A stretch of 64,000 bases of DNA from an uncultured Neisseria sp. (GTDB lineage: Bacteria; Pseudomonadota; Gammaproteobacteria; Burkholderiales; Neisseriaceae). Both the position numbers and the translations under genes were made by a program. The notes beneath the pieces were generated by a model. That model was not told where the DNA came from. It made no database searches and worked only from the letters and a program-made list of their open reading frames with translations. Positions 53,983-64,000 of this stretch are shown here, one piece after another (positions within the stretch are counted from its first letter, which is position 1; each line of letters opens with the position of its first letter). The DNA lies in assembly GCA_963529965.1 (NCBI GenBank), contig CAUSDA010000001.1:22005-86004 (forward strand), written 5' to 3'.

Positions 53983-56900
53983 TCACCATTTCCCTGTCAA
54001 ACCGATGCGCAGGGTGCGGCCCGGGGCGGGCATATAGGAGCGGCTCATGGGGTCGAGGTAATAGCGGTCGGTCAGGTTGCTGCCCGTTAGCTCTGCGCTG
54101 AAATGTTTGTTGAATTTGTAACGCACATAGGCATCCACGACAGTAACGGGCTGCCAGTTGGCGTTGCCGTTGTCGCTGTTGAAAGCTTTGCTGTTTGCGC
54201 CGTCACGTTGCAGGTAGTATTCGCGCCAGCGGGCGGAGGGCTGTTGTTTGTCTTCAACGCGGCTGTGGAAGGTCAGGCGCGAACCGATTTCAAGTTTTTC
54301 GTTTAGGAACCTGCCGCCGAGGTTGGCAACGACCGACCAGCGCGGCTGGATGCGGTTGATCAGCCAGCCGCTGGCGAAACCGCCGTTTTGACAGTAAGGC
54401 ACGGGGAAAGTGCGTCCTTTTTGGACAAACATTTCCACATCATATTGCTGTTCGATGGCGCGGTGGTCGCAGACTTCGTTTTTCATGTTGCGCACGACGG
54501 AAAGGTCGCCGAATACTCTGCCGTTGTCGAAGCGGGTTTGGAGTTCCAGTCCGCTGATGACTTGTTTGTCGTAATTGCTGATTTGCCAGGTGGCATAGTT
54601 GCGGTCGATGACGTTGTGGGTTTTGTTGTGGAAGTAGGTCAGCCGCACGTCCGCGTAACGCATTTTGGGCAGCAGGCGGGTGAAGTCGTGGCTGAGGGAG
54701 ATTTCCCAGTTTTTGGCATGTTCGGGTTTGAGCGGGTTCAGGAGTCTGCCAAACGGGACGCTGAAACCTTTGGCGATGCTGTGGTTGCCGAAGCCGAATG
54801 TGCCTTCATACATGCTGGGGAAGCGTTTGAATTCGGTATAACGGGCGAACAGGCGGGTGTTGTCGCCGAGCTGGACGGTGGCGGAGAACATGGGAGCGAA
54901 GGCATGGCCGCGTTTGTTCCACATTTTGCGCAGTTCTTCTTCGGTCAGATGCCGGTATTCGATAGCGGGATTGTTGACATCGGTTGTTACGGCGGCAGCA
55001 TAACGTTTTTCAACTTTGCCTGTGGCAGGGTTGATGCCGGTTTCATTTAAGAAATTGAGTGCGCCTGTCCGGACGGGGTTTTCTTCGGGATGCGAACGCC
55101 GCCAGTAGATACAGTTTCCATTTGCTTCGTTTTCGGTGCAGTTGGGTATTGATTTCCAGCCGCTGCTTAGATCTTCCGCTTCCATAAAACGGTTGCGCAG
55201 CTCTGTCAGTTTTTCGGGTTCTTCCGGAAGTTGGGGGTGATTATCTTGCCAGCGTTGTGTTTCTTCGGGTCGGTTATCTAATGCCCAGAGATATTCGGGA
55301 ACGGGTAGGCTGTTTATCCAATTCCAAAAACGCTTGTCGTAGGCATCATATTCGGCTTTCGCCCGTATGGTCGCAGGGTCTTGGTCGTAAGCTTTTTGCG
55401 CGGCGTGATATTGGTCGGACAATTCTCGATAGGCTCGGTATTCTTCAGGTGTGGCAAGCCGGCTCTGCAGATAGACGAAATCCCTGCTGTTGTCCGACAG
55501 TACGTCGAATTTGTTTTCTCTTTCCAACCATGTTCGGTTTTTGTCGATATAGTCTCGGAGGAAGTTGTCGGTTTGGTGGTAGTCGGTGTAGCGGCCGCCT
55601 GCGTTCAGAGTCAGCCAGGAAGTGGGCTGATATTTGAAGTTGAAGCCAAGGTTCCATTCGTCGCGTTTGCCTTTACGCGGCATGGTCAGAGCGAAGTTGG
55701 AATTTAAGGTGGTCTCAGGGTCTTCCCAGAACAATTTTTGGGATTCTTCTTCGGGCAATGCGAGTATCCAACTGGTATCGCTGCTGCCTTTGAGTTTTTC
55801 GCGCTGGTAGTCGCCCATCAGGGTCAGTTCCAATTTGTCGGATAATTTCATTTTATTGGACAGGTTGATGCCCAGGCGGTTGTTTTTGGCGCGGTAGGCG
55901 GCGGCATTAAAAACGTTGAAACGGTTGTTGGTATTGGGCGGCAGTTTGTCCCATTCGGGTTCTTTGCCTTTGTAATACCAGTCTTCGGCGTATTTGTCGT
56001 TGAATGCTTTGTCGAGGAATAGGGTCGATGCAGGATAGCCGCCCGTGGAGTTGGTTTGCGAATCGTTGAACGTGCCCCAAATCCCCGCCTTCAAATCTAC
56101 CCAGCGGCTGTTCTCGGGGTTCCAAGAATAATCCAGATTGACGGCGGTCTGTTTTACCCATGCCTGCGGCCATTCCGCCATCAGCGTGCCTTTGGTGAGC
56201 TTACTCATATCGGTTTGGGCGGAGCCGTCGGATTTGAGTTTGCTGCCGCCGATGTTGCCGAAGAGGATGCTGTACGGCATGATTTCGCCGAAACGGGTGT
56301 TGGTATGGCGTATGCCGAGCTGTATTTTTTGGTTGTCGGGCAGTTTGAACGTGCCTTTGCCCAGCCACGAACGCATATTCAGGGATGTGTTGGCCACTTC
56401 GCCGGACGGATGGTAATACGTACCGACATTGGCGGTATATTCCTGAATATCCGTAACTTTTTTGGTAAATTCTTCTTCGGTCATGGAGCTGGCATTGGGG
56501 AGGTAGCCGTAGCGTTCTGCGCCCTTGCTGCCGGCAAAGTAATTGCCCTTGTCGCGCCATGCGTAGGCAATCAAGCCGTCAAACACTTCGCCGCGCATAC
56601 CGGCTGAAATACGGAAGGCATTGTCTTTAAATAATTTCCCGCGCCCGCCGAAACGCTGTTTCTGCCTGTCGCTATCATCCAGCATAATCGCCCATTCCAT
56701 GCGGTCGAAAGAATAAGGTTTGGGATAACGGCGGTAGTCCGTACCCCAAGTTTCGGCGTGGGCATATTCCCGCTGTTTGATGGTATTGTTGCCGGTTTCC
56801 ATTTTGACTTCCATGCCGAATTTTTGATCTTTCGGCACGACGTCGTCGATTTCCAGCGTTTTCATGCTGACCGAACCGCCGATGCCGGTGCGGATGTCGC

Positions 56901-57381
56901 GGTTTGCCGATGCGCCTTTTTCTACATACACGCTGCTGATAAGGTTCGGGTCGATGTAGTTGCGGTTGGATATGCCTTCAAAGCCTCGCCATACGCTGAT
57001 TGCCTGTTCCGTACCGTCTACCGTTACTGGAACTTTGCCTTCGCCCTGAATGCCGCGTATGTTGGGGTCGAGCGCGCCGCTGTTGCGCGCGTCACCGCTG
57101 AACACGCCTGCCATACCGCCGATTAAATCAGCCACGCTGCTGCCGCGGTAGGTCTCGATTTCCTGCTTGCCTTTGTACATATTGCTGATGTCACGGCTGT
57201 AGACTTGGGTGTAGCCGCTTTTATCCCGGTTGCGATGGGCTTTGACGGTAATGGTATCCATCTGCACGCTTTGGGTGGGGGTAGTATTTTCCGCCCATAA
57301 CGGCGTATGCCACAGCATACTCAAGAATAAAACCAATATTTTGGGCGTAGAGGGGAATTCGACGGATTTGACAGGTTTCAT
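53983..57381 (-). CDS. TonB-dependent receptor
   Basis: Signal peptide, DTITV TonB box, PNIRGIQG plug, NLTDRYYLDP..PGRT, terminal W; start at 57381 inferred. Confidence 0.92.
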   Translation of the reverse strand: MKPVKSVEFPSTPKILVLFLSMLWHTPLWAENTTPTQSVQMDTITVKAHRNRDKSGYTQVYSRDISNMYKGKQEIETYRGSSVADLIGGMAGVFSGDARNSGALDPNIRGIQGEGKVPVTVDGTEQAISVWRGFEGISNRNYIDPNLISSVYVEKGASANRDIRTGIGGSVSMKTLEIDDVVPKDQKFGMEVKMETGNNTIKQREYAHAETWGTDYRRYPKPYSFDRMEWAIMLDDSDRQKQRFGGRGKLFKDNAFRISAGMRGEVFDGLIAYAWRDKGNYFAGSKGAERYGYLPNASSMTEEEFTKKVTDIQEYTANVGTYYHPSGEVANTSLNMRSWLGKGTFKLPDNQKIQLGIRHTNTRFGEIMPYSILFGNIGGSKLKSDGSAQTDMSKLTKGTLMAEWPQAWVKQTAVNLDYSWNPENSRWVDLKAGIWGTFNDSQTNSTGGYPASTLFLDKAFNDKYAEDWYYKGKEPEWDKLPPNTNNRFNVFNAAAYRAKNNRLGINLSNKMKLSDKLELTLMGDYQREKLKGSSDTSWILALPEEESQKLFWEDPETTLNSNFALTMPRKGKRDEWNLGFNFKYQPTSWLTLNAGGRYTDYHQTDNFLRDYIDKNRTWLERENKFDVLSDNSRDFVYLQSRLATPEEYRAYRELSDQYHAAQKAYDQDPATIRAKAEYDAYDKRFWNWINSLPVPEYLWALDNRPEETQRWQDNHPQLPEEPEKLTELRNRFMEAEDLSSGWKSIPNCTENEANGNCIYWRRSHPEENPVRTGALNFLNETGINPATGKVEKRYAAAVTTDVNNPAIEYRHLTEEELRKMWNKRGHAFAPMFSATVQLGDNTRLFARYTEFKRFPSMYEGTFGFGNHSIAKGFSVPFGRLLNPLKPEHAKNWEISLSHDFTRLLPKMRYADVRLTYFHNKTHNVIDRNYATWQISNYDKQVISGLELQTRFDNGRVFGDLSVVRNMKNEVCDHRAIEQQYDVEMFVQKGRTFPVPYCQNGGFASGWLINRIQPRWSVVANLGGRFLNEKLEIGSRLTFHSRVEDKQQPSARWREYYLQRDGANSKAFNSDNGNANWQPVTVVDAYVRYKFNKHFSAELTGSNLTDRYYLDPMSRSYMPAPGRTLRIGLTGKW

Positions 57382-57651
57382 GATGGATTTTCCTTTGTTC
57401 GCAACAGCTTGAAAATAGGCGAAATCTGAAATGCTTCCAGATGGCATCGGAAAATAAAACGCGAACCGAATGTAATGGGGTTGCAGCCAATTGATTAAAC
57501 GGTTTGTTCGGACCGTTGATATGGATGCGCTTGCTTCACGCAAGGGAAGGGCATTTTGACAAAACAAAAGGAAAATATCCGTAGGTTACCGATTGTGTGG
57601 AAAGGAACGGCGGACAAAATACTTTGTTTCTTTAGAGCTGCAAAATAACAT

Positions 57652-57676
57652 AAATTGATTATGATTATTATTTATA
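57652..57676. promoter_or_regulatory. Fur-box-like site
   Basis: ATTGATTATGATTATTATTT, NATWAT-type hexamer array upstream of the receptor. Confidence 0.55.
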
Positions 57677-57918
57677 TAATAATTTTAACTAAAACCCGAT
57701 AATGTGTAAACAGACGTCAAACAATACAACTTTGGCATTTGGGTACCTCGGAAAATCATATTTTTGAGTTTGGACGGGCTGGGGGTGTATTGGATTTCGT
57801 AAAAAGTTTGCTGAGTTTGAAGTTGATTGAATAATGGCTTGAATTTGATTTGCCGATATAAAAAGGTCGTCTGAAACCCTGATTTCAGGTTTTCAGACGA
57901 CCTTTGGCATGGGTGCGG

Positions 57919-58680
57919 TCAAGGCAGTTTGGGTCTGACTTTGACGCTTAAGGGCAAGTGGTCGGAGAGGCGTTGCCAGTTTTTGCCGTTGTGGATTTGG
58001 GAGTCTAAGACTTCCAAGTTGCGGGTATAGACGCGGTCGAGGCTGAGGACGGGCAGGCGGGCGGGGAAGGTTTTGGGGCGTTTGCCGTTGCTGTCCACGA
58101 ATACTTCGTTCAAGTTCAAGGCGTTGCCTAAGGATAGGGCGGATTTTTGCCGCCAGTCGTTGAAGTCGCCGGCGAGAATCAGCGGACTTTGCGGGTCGAT
58201 GTGATGCACGACGTATTCGAAGATGGCGCGGTATTGTTTGGCGCGGTCGGGTTCACGCAGGTTGAGGTGGGCGCACAGGCAGACGAGTGGGGTGTCCCAG
58301 CCTTCGGGCAGGACTTCGCAATGGAGTACGCCGCGCTGTTCGAGTTTGTTGACGCTGATGTTGAGGTTGTGGCGGGTTTCCAGCGGCAGGCGGCTGAGGA
58401 TGGCGTTGCCGTGGTGGCGCTGCGGGTATACGGCGTTTTTGCCGTAGCTGCGGTTGTAGGAAAGGCGGTCGCCGAGGATATCGTAATGCGGTTTTTCGGG
58501 AAAATCGGGCAGCCTGCTGCTGCGGGTCAGGTGTTGACCTTGCACTTCCTGTAAAAACAGGACATCCGAGCCTATGCCGCGCAGCTCTTCCGCCATGCTG
58601 TCCACTTGAACTTTGCGGTTGAGCGCGGACATGCCTTTGTGCATGTTGTATGAGGTGATGGTAATCGGGCGGGGGGACAT
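57919..58680 (-). CDS. Endonuclease/exonuclease/phosphatase family protein (YbhP-like)
   Basis: SYNMHKG, LQEV, GDFND, SDHLP. Confidence 0.9.
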   Translation of the reverse strand: MSPRPITITSYNMHKGMSALNRKVQVDSMAEELRGIGSDVLFLQEVQGQHLTRSSRLPDFPEKPHYDILGDRLSYNRSYGKNAVYPQRHHGNAILSRLPLETRHNLNISVNKLEQRGVLHCEVLPEGWDTPLVCLCAHLNLREPDRAKQYRAIFEYVVHHIDPQSPLILAGDFNDWRQKSALSLGNALNLNEVFVDSNGKRPKTFPARLPVLSLDRVYTRNLEVLDSQIHNGKNWQRLSDHLPLSVKVRPKLP

Positions 58681-58845
58681 GATGTGTAACCGTAGTGTGT
58701 GAGTAGTTTGTCGTTGTATTAATAGTATAACACTGCAAGTGTTTGGTTTCAGTAAAGATTTGATGGTTGAACGGCTGCTTGAAGGTAAAACGTCGTCTGA
58801 AAGGTTTCAGACGACGTTTGAGGGGGGGGACAAGCGCAAAACGGT

Positions 58846-60399
58846 TTATTTTATGAACTCGTCCATGCCGTCTTCGCAGCGGATTTTTTGTTCGGACAGC
58901 GTGGCTTTGAGCAGGGCGTCGTTTTGCGGCAGGGCGTCGCGTTCGGCTTCGTGGTGCCAGAGGTGGTAGGCGATGCCGGCGAATTTGAGGTTGTGGCGTT
59001 TCATGCCGTTATGGAAGAGGCGGGCGACGAACTCGCTGTCTTCTCGCCCCCAGCCGACAAAGCGGTTGTCGAAGCCGTTGACGGCGAGCGCATCGCTGCG
59101 GAAAAAGCCCATATTGCAGGTTTTGATGCCTTTGTGTTTGCGGCTGCTTTGTCTGCCGATCAGGGTGGACAGGCTGCGGCAGCGCAGGGCGGACAGGCGT
59201 TTTTCTATGCCTTGGCTGAACGCGGACAAATCGGGCAATTCGCCGGAATCTAAAATTTCTTGGGTGCGCCCTTGGGTCAGGATGACGCGCGAACCCTGTA
59301 TCAGCCTGCCTTTGCGTGCGAGCTTGAGATGGTCGGCGATGAAGGACGGGTCGAGTATCATGTCGCCGTCGATAAGGATGACGTAGTCGCTTTTTGCCTG
59401 CGCCAGCGCGCGGTTGCGTGATTCGGCGGCGCGGAAGCCGTCGTCCGGCCGCCAAGAATGTTTGACGGGGATGTCGGTGTGGCTGCGGATGAACTCGACG
59501 ACTTCGGCGGTGTCTTGGCGCGAACCGTCGTCCGCGACGATGATTTCGTCGGGCAGGCGGGTTTGCGCGAGCGCGGATTTCAAAACCAGCTCCAGCGCGT
59601 CGGGACGGTTGTAGGTGGTTACAATCAGGGCGACGCTGATATTGCGGTTGCGTTCGTAAAGTTTGACATATTTGTAGTACGAACCTTGGGCATTGGCGAT
59701 GGAAATGGTCAAGCCGTCCGCGCCGTAGGCGAAACCGCGTTTGAGCAGGTAGTTTTTGACAAACGATACGCTGCCGTGCAACAGGGCTTTGAAGGGCGAG
59801 CTGTCTTTTTTGTAGCGGTTTTCTTCGGCGTAGAGCGAGCTGTATTGCTGCATTTTTTGAATCAACCCTTCGGCGTTTTCGAAGGAATAGTGTTTCAGAC
59901 GACCTTCGAGCGGACGGACGTTTGCATCGGGCGGCAAAATCAGCGATTCATGCACCTGACGGTCGGAAAAACGGGTAAAACGGCGGTGGTAAAGGCGCGG
60001 GATAATGTCGGGATACCAGCCGCAGGCTTTGATCAGGCGGCCGTTGTAGTGGTTCAGGCGCGAGAGCGAGAAGATGTTTTGTTCTTTGTTTTCCGCCACG
60101 GCTTTGCGGATGGCGGCAATCAGTTCGCCATCTGCCACTTCGTCGCTGTCTATGCTGAATATCCAATTGTTTTGCGCGAGGCGGGCGGCAAGGTTTTTCA
60201 TCGGGCCGAAGCCGATGAAGTCGTATTTGTAATAACTGACGTTGGTGAAGCGTTCGGCGATTTCAAAAGTGCGGTCGGTCGAGCCGTTGTCGAGCAGCAA
60301 AACTTCGTCGAAGTCTTGAAGCGCGGTCAAAACTTCGTGCAGATAGCGTTCCGAGTTTTTGACCAACATGGCTGCTGTGGCGGGAATTTTCGGGTTCAT
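58846..60399 (-). CDS. Two-domain GT2 glycosyltransferase
   Basis: DNGSTD/IDSDE/VHE in the N-half; TTYNR/DDGS/IDGD/GWGREDSE in the C-half. Confidence 0.88.
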   Translation of the reverse strand: MNPKIPATAAMLVKNSERYLHEVLTALQDFDEVLLLDNGSTDRTFEIAERFTNVSYYKYDFIGFGPMKNLAARLAQNNWIFSIDSDEVADGELIAAIRKAVAENKEQNIFSLSRLNHYNGRLIKACGWYPDIIPRLYHRRFTRFSDRQVHESLILPPDANVRPLEGRLKHYSFENAEGLIQKMQQYSSLYAEENRYKKDSSPFKALLHGSVSFVKNYLLKRGFAYGADGLTISIANAQGSYYKYVKLYERNRNISVALIVTTYNRPDALELVLKSALAQTRLPDEIIVADDGSRQDTAEVVEFIRSHTDIPVKHSWRPDDGFRAAESRNRALAQAKSDYVILIDGDMILDPSFIADHLKLARKGRLIQGSRVILTQGRTQEILDSGELPDLSAFSQGIEKRLSALRCRSLSTLIGRQSSRKHKGIKTCNMGFFRSDALAVNGFDNRFVGWGREDSEFVARLFHNGMKRHNLKFAGIAYHLWHHEAERDALPQNDALLKATLSEQKIRCEDGMDEFIK

Positions 60400-60555
60400 G
60401 ATGAGGTCGTCTGAAAAGGGGTCGTCTGAAAAATCAAAATCGGGAAATCAAGGCAGTTCGGCAATGGCGGCGGTCAGTTCTTCGTGGAAAGCGTGTATTT
60501 TAACCGATATACCGCTACAATACGCATTTCCTTTTTTCAGACGACCTCCTCCGAT

Positions 60556-61521
60556 ATGCAGCTTATCCTTGCGCCCATGCAGGGGCTGGTGGACGATGTG
60601 ATGCGCGATTTGCTGACCCGTATCGGCGGCTACGACGAATGCGTCAGCGAGTTCGTCCGCATTACCCACACCGTCCATTCCCGTTCCACCTGGCTCAAAT
60701 ACGCCCCCGAAATTGCCAACGGCAACAAGACCCCCGCCGGTACGCCCTGTACCGTCCAGCTTTTGGGCAGCGACGCCTACAATATGGCGGTCAACGCCTT
60801 GGAAGCCGTCCGCTTCGGCGCGGACAAAATCGACCTCAATTTTGGCTGCCCCGCCCCCACGGTCAACAAACACAAAGGCGGCGCCGTCCTGCTCAAAGAG
60901 CCCGACCTCATCCACCATATCGTCAAAACCCTGCGCCAACGCCTGCCCGAACACATCCCGCTCACCGGCAAAATGCGGCTCGGTTACGAAGACAAAAGCC
61001 TCGCGCTCGAATGCGCCGCCGCCATTGCCGAAGGCGGAGCCTGCGCCCTGACCGTACACGCGCGCACCAAAGTCGAAGGCTACGAACCGCCCGCACATTG
61101 GGAATGGATACGCAAAATCCGCGAACACGTCGCCATCCCCGTAACCGCCAACGGCGACGTGTTCAGCCTCAAAGACTATATCGGCATTAAAGAGATGACG
61201 GGCTGCAACAGCGTCATGCTCGGCCGCGGCGCCGTCATCCGCCCCGATTTGGCGCGCCAAATCAAACAATACGAAAACGGCGAAACCGTCCGCGATACCG
61301 ATTTCGCCGAAGTTTCGGTGTGGATAAACCAATTTTTCCATTTGTGTCTTGCCAAAGAAGCAAACAACAAATACCCCGTCGCCCGCCTGAAACAATGGCT
61401 GGGCATGATGAAGAAAGAATTTGGAGAAGCGCAGGAATTGTTTGACGCGGTAAGGGCGGTCAAAGACGCGGAAGAAGTCGCGCGGATTTTGGCTGAATTT
61501 GAAGACAAGATGAATGCCTGA
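60556..61521 (+). CDS. dusC: tRNA-dihydrouridine synthase
   Basis: LAPMQG, DLNFGCP, HART, ANGD. Confidence 0.88.
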   Translation: MQLILAPMQGLVDDVMRDLLTRIGGYDECVSEFVRITHTVHSRSTWLKYAPEIANGNKTPAGTPCTVQLLGSDAYNMAVNALEAVRFGADKIDLNFGCPAPTVNKHKGGAVLLKEPDLIHHIVKTLRQRLPEHIPLTGKMRLGYEDKSLALECAAAIAEGGACALTVHARTKVEGYEPPAHWEWIRKIREHVAIPVTANGDVFSLKDYIGIKEMTGCNSVMLGRGAVIRPDLARQIKQYENGETVRDTDFAEVSVWINQFFHLCLAKEANNKYPVARLKQWLGMMKKEFGEAQELFDAVRAVKDAEEVARILAEFEDKMNA

Positions 61522-61624
61522 TAATGATGAGGTCGTCTGAAACCAGATTTCAGACGACCTTTGTATATGAAACGCCAAACCGGCGGTTAATTTGTTTAAC
61601 CGCCGGTTTGGTGTTTAAAAGCAA

Positions 61625-62797
61625 TCAGAATTTGTCATTCGGCCAGCGTGTGCTTTGCAGAATGCTTGCGTCGACGTCCTGAATATTGCGATGGCCGGTA
61701 AACGCCATGGAGATGTCCATTTCTTTATACAGGATTTCCAGCGCGCGGGTAACGCCTTCTTCGCCGTATGCGCCCAAGCCGTAGAGGAATGCGCGGCCTA
61801 TCATCGTGCCTTTCGCGCCCAAAGCCCATGCTTTGAGGATGTCTTGACCGCTGCGGATGCCGCTGTCCATCCACACTTCGATGTCGCTGCCGACTGCGCT
61901 GACGATGTCGGGCAAGGCTTTGATGGCAGATATGGTGTCGTCGAGCTGGCGGCCGCCGTGGTTGGAAACGACCAATGCGTCCGCGCCGCTTTTTGCTGCT
62001 TTTTCCGCATCTTCAGGTTCCATAATGCCTTTGATAATCAGCTTGCCGCCCCACAAATCTTTAATGCGGGCAACGTCGTCCCAGCTCAGGCGCGGGTCGA
62101 ATTGTTCGGAAGTCCATGAAGACAGCGAAGACAAATCGCCGACGTTTTTGGCGTGTCCGACGATATTGCGGAACGTGCGGCGTTCCGTGTTCAGCATTTT
62201 CATACACCATTCGGGCTTGGTCGCCAGATTGATTAAATTGGCGATGGTCGGTTTCGGCGGTGCGGACAGGCCGTTTTTGATGTCTTTGTGGCGTTGACCC
62301 AAAACCTGCAAATCGGCGGTCAATACCAATGCCGAACATTTGGCGTCCTTCGCACGTTTAATCAGGTTTTCCATAAACTCGCGGTCGCGCATCACATAAA
62401 GCTGAAACCAAAACGGCGCGCTGGTGTTTTCGGCAACGTCTTCAATCGAGCAGATGGACATGGTCGAGAGCGTAAACGGAATGCCGAACTTCTCCGCCGC
62501 CCGCGCCGCCAAGATTTCGCCGTCTGCGTGTGCCATGCCGGTAAAGCCCGTCGGCGCAATCGCTACCGGCATTTTCACATCCTGATCGATCATTTTGGTC
62601 TCTAAACTACGACCTTCCATATTGACCAATACCTTTTGTCGGAAGCGTATGTCTTTGAAATCCGAAGTGTTTTCGCGGTAGGTGGTTTCCGTCCAAGAAC
62701 CTGAATCGATGTAATCGTAAAACATGCGCGGCATTTTGCGCTTGGCGACAAGGCGCAGGTCTTCGATACAGGTCATTTTGCTCAAATCGCGTTTCAT
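61625..62797 (-). CDS. lldD: FMN-dependent L-lactate dehydrogenase
   Basis: WFQLY, SNHGGRQLD, DSGIRSG. Confidence 0.92.
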   Translation of the reverse strand: MKRDLSKMTCIEDLRLVAKRKMPRMFYDYIDSGSWTETTYRENTSDFKDIRFRQKVLVNMEGRSLETKMIDQDVKMPVAIAPTGFTGMAHADGEILAARAAEKFGIPFTLSTMSICSIEDVAENTSAPFWFQLYVMRDREFMENLIKRAKDAKCSALVLTADLQVLGQRHKDIKNGLSAPPKPTIANLINLATKPEWCMKMLNTERRTFRNIVGHAKNVGDLSSLSSWTSEQFDPRLSWDDVARIKDLWGGKLIIKGIMEPEDAEKAAKSGADALVVSNHGGRQLDDTISAIKALPDIVSAVGSDIEVWMDSGIRSGQDILKAWALGAKGTMIGRAFLYGLGAYGEEGVTRALEILYKEMDISMAFTGHRNIQDVDASILQSTRWPNDKF

Positions 62798-63084
62798 TGT
62801 TGATTGCCTCTGTTAAGGGGTTGCTTATGCTATGACTGGGGTCGTCTGAAACGGGTAGGGCGGTTTCAGACGACCTTTTGCAATACCATAATGATTTAGT
62901 ATGAATTAGATAATCTATATCAATCGCAATTATAAAGCAAATGGTTTTAACCCCGTCAAAAGCAGGGTAATAGCACTTTTCAGACGACCTCAGCTTCAAG
63001 TTTCAGATAAAAAAGAGAAATCTTTAGGGAGATAAAAATCAATTCGCACAGTCATTTAAACAAACAATCGGAAGCCTTGTGAAT

Positions 63085-63109
63085 ATACTTGACTGAATCA
63101 CTCAGATAT
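63085..63109 (+). promoter_or_regulatory. IscR type-1 operator
   Basis: ATACTTGACTGAATCACTCAGATAT, two mismatches to ATASYYGACTRWWWYAGTCRRSTAT. Confidence 0.7.
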
Positions 63110-63153
63110 TAGACAATCGCACCACTATAAAAAAGCCGACACAGGCACCTACC

Positions 63154-63600
63154 ATGAGACTGACCACCAAAGGCCGCTTCGCTGTAACCGCCATGATCGA
63201 TTTGGCCATGAACGCGCAAACCGGCGCCGTCAAACTCAGTGCCATCAGCGAACGCCAAAGCATATCCCTATCCTATCTCGAACAGCTTTTCAGCAAGCTG
63301 CGCCGCGCGCAGTTGGTCGAAAGCCTGCGCGGTCCGGGCGGCGGCTACATCCTTGCCGCCCCCGCATCGGAAATCAACATCGCCCAAATCATCGCCGCCG
63401 CCGAAGACCGGCTGGACGCCACCCGCTGCGGCAGCAAAGCCAACTGCCACCACGGCGCGCCCTGCCTGACGCACGACCTTTGGGAAAATTTAAACAAAAC
63501 CATCAATGACTACCTCAGCAGCGTTACGCTGCAAAGCATCATTGAACAGAAAAACTGTAACGACGGCAGCCAAGTCGTTACCTTTACACACATCCATTAA
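63154..63600 (+). CDS. iscR: Fe-S cluster regulator IscR
   Basis: [21 protein letters not shown], three Cys + THDLW. Confidence 0.96.
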   Translation: MRLTTKGRFAVTAMIDLAMNAQTGAVKLSAISERQSISLSYLEQLFSKLRRAQLVESLRGPGGGYILAAPASEINIAQIIAAAEDRLDATRCGSKANCHHGAPCLTHDLWENLNKTINDYLSSVTLQSIIEQKNCNDGSQVVTFTHIH

Positions 63601-63632
63601 GTAGAAACCAAATAAAAACGAAAGAGCAAACC

Positions 63633-64000
63633 ATGACCGTCAAAACCCCCGTTTATCTCGACTACGCCGCCACAACCCCCGTTGACAAACGCGTTGCCGA
63701 AAAAATGATTCCCTATCTGACCGAAACCTTCGGCAACCCCGCTTCCAACAGCCACGCATTCGGTTGGGAAGCAGAAGAGGCCGTCGAAAAAGCCCGCGCC
63801 GACATCGCCGCCCTGATTAACGCCGACCCCAAAGAAATCATCTTCACCAGCGGCGCGACCGAGTCCGATAACCTCGCCATCAAAGGCGCGGCAAACTTCT
63901 ACAAAACCAAAGGCAAACACCTCATCACCGTCAAAACCGAACACAAAGCCGTGCTCGACACCATGCGCGAACTCGAACGCCAAGGTTTTGAAGTAACCTA
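63633..64000 (+). CDS. iscS: Cysteine desulfurase (partial)
   Basis: Manual translation [16 protein letters not shown]...GNPASNSH...[10 protein letters not shown]...EHKAVLD. Confidence 0.95.
   Translation, partial: MTVKTPVYLDYAATTPVDKRVAEKMIPYLTETFGNPASNSHAFGWEAEEAVEKARADIAALINADPKEIIFTSGATESDNLAIKGAANFYKTKGKHLITVKTEHKAVLDTMRELERQGFEVT

Noticed and set aside
53983..57567. Longer ORF-track starts for the TonB receptor (also terminase 22727, dusC 60484, antitoxin 35560)
   Set aside because: Downstream ATGs fit the RBS, signal peptide or family N-terminus better.
5856..62990. Many AGGTCGTCTGAA inverted repeats as a novel repeat or MITE family
   Set aside because: Known DUS hairpin terminators of Neisseria.

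Overview
Commensal Neisseria chromosome segment. The dominant DNA uptake sequence is AGGTCGTCTGAA (mucosa/sicca dialect), and one short Correia element is present. Left arm (1-14.4 kb): partial AT-rich PtuA-like ABC/AAA ATPase, a split aryl-polyene-type fatty-acid cluster, rubredoxin/acyl-CoA dehydrogenase/AhpD-like genes, hemC, ybeY, corC, rnr and tRNA-Leu, Leu, Ser. Centre (14377-53166): an apparently complete ~38.8 kb P2-like prophage in the 3' end of tRNA-Ser(GGA), bounded by a 19-bp att duplication. Its layout is unusual: the int/att/cos-like block lies between tail genes S and V, it has a lambda-type cI/cro switch, and ogr is in the early operon. Best leads in the prophage are (i) two tandem three-gene toxin-antitoxin modules after cI, one TAC/SecB-like and flanked by 35-bp direct repeats, one with a non-SecB-looking third gene; (ii) a covarying hairpin motif present 7 times, once between a late promoter and a terminator; (iii) a nested alternative-frame ORF with its own RBS inside the C5 methyltransferase; (iv) two large extra tail genes, one a degenerate SGNH protein. 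Right arm (53.2-64 kb): dnrN-like gene, TonB-dependent receptor, EEP protein, double GT2, dusC, lldD, iscR, partial iscS. All calls come from reading motifs by eye; no database searches were run.
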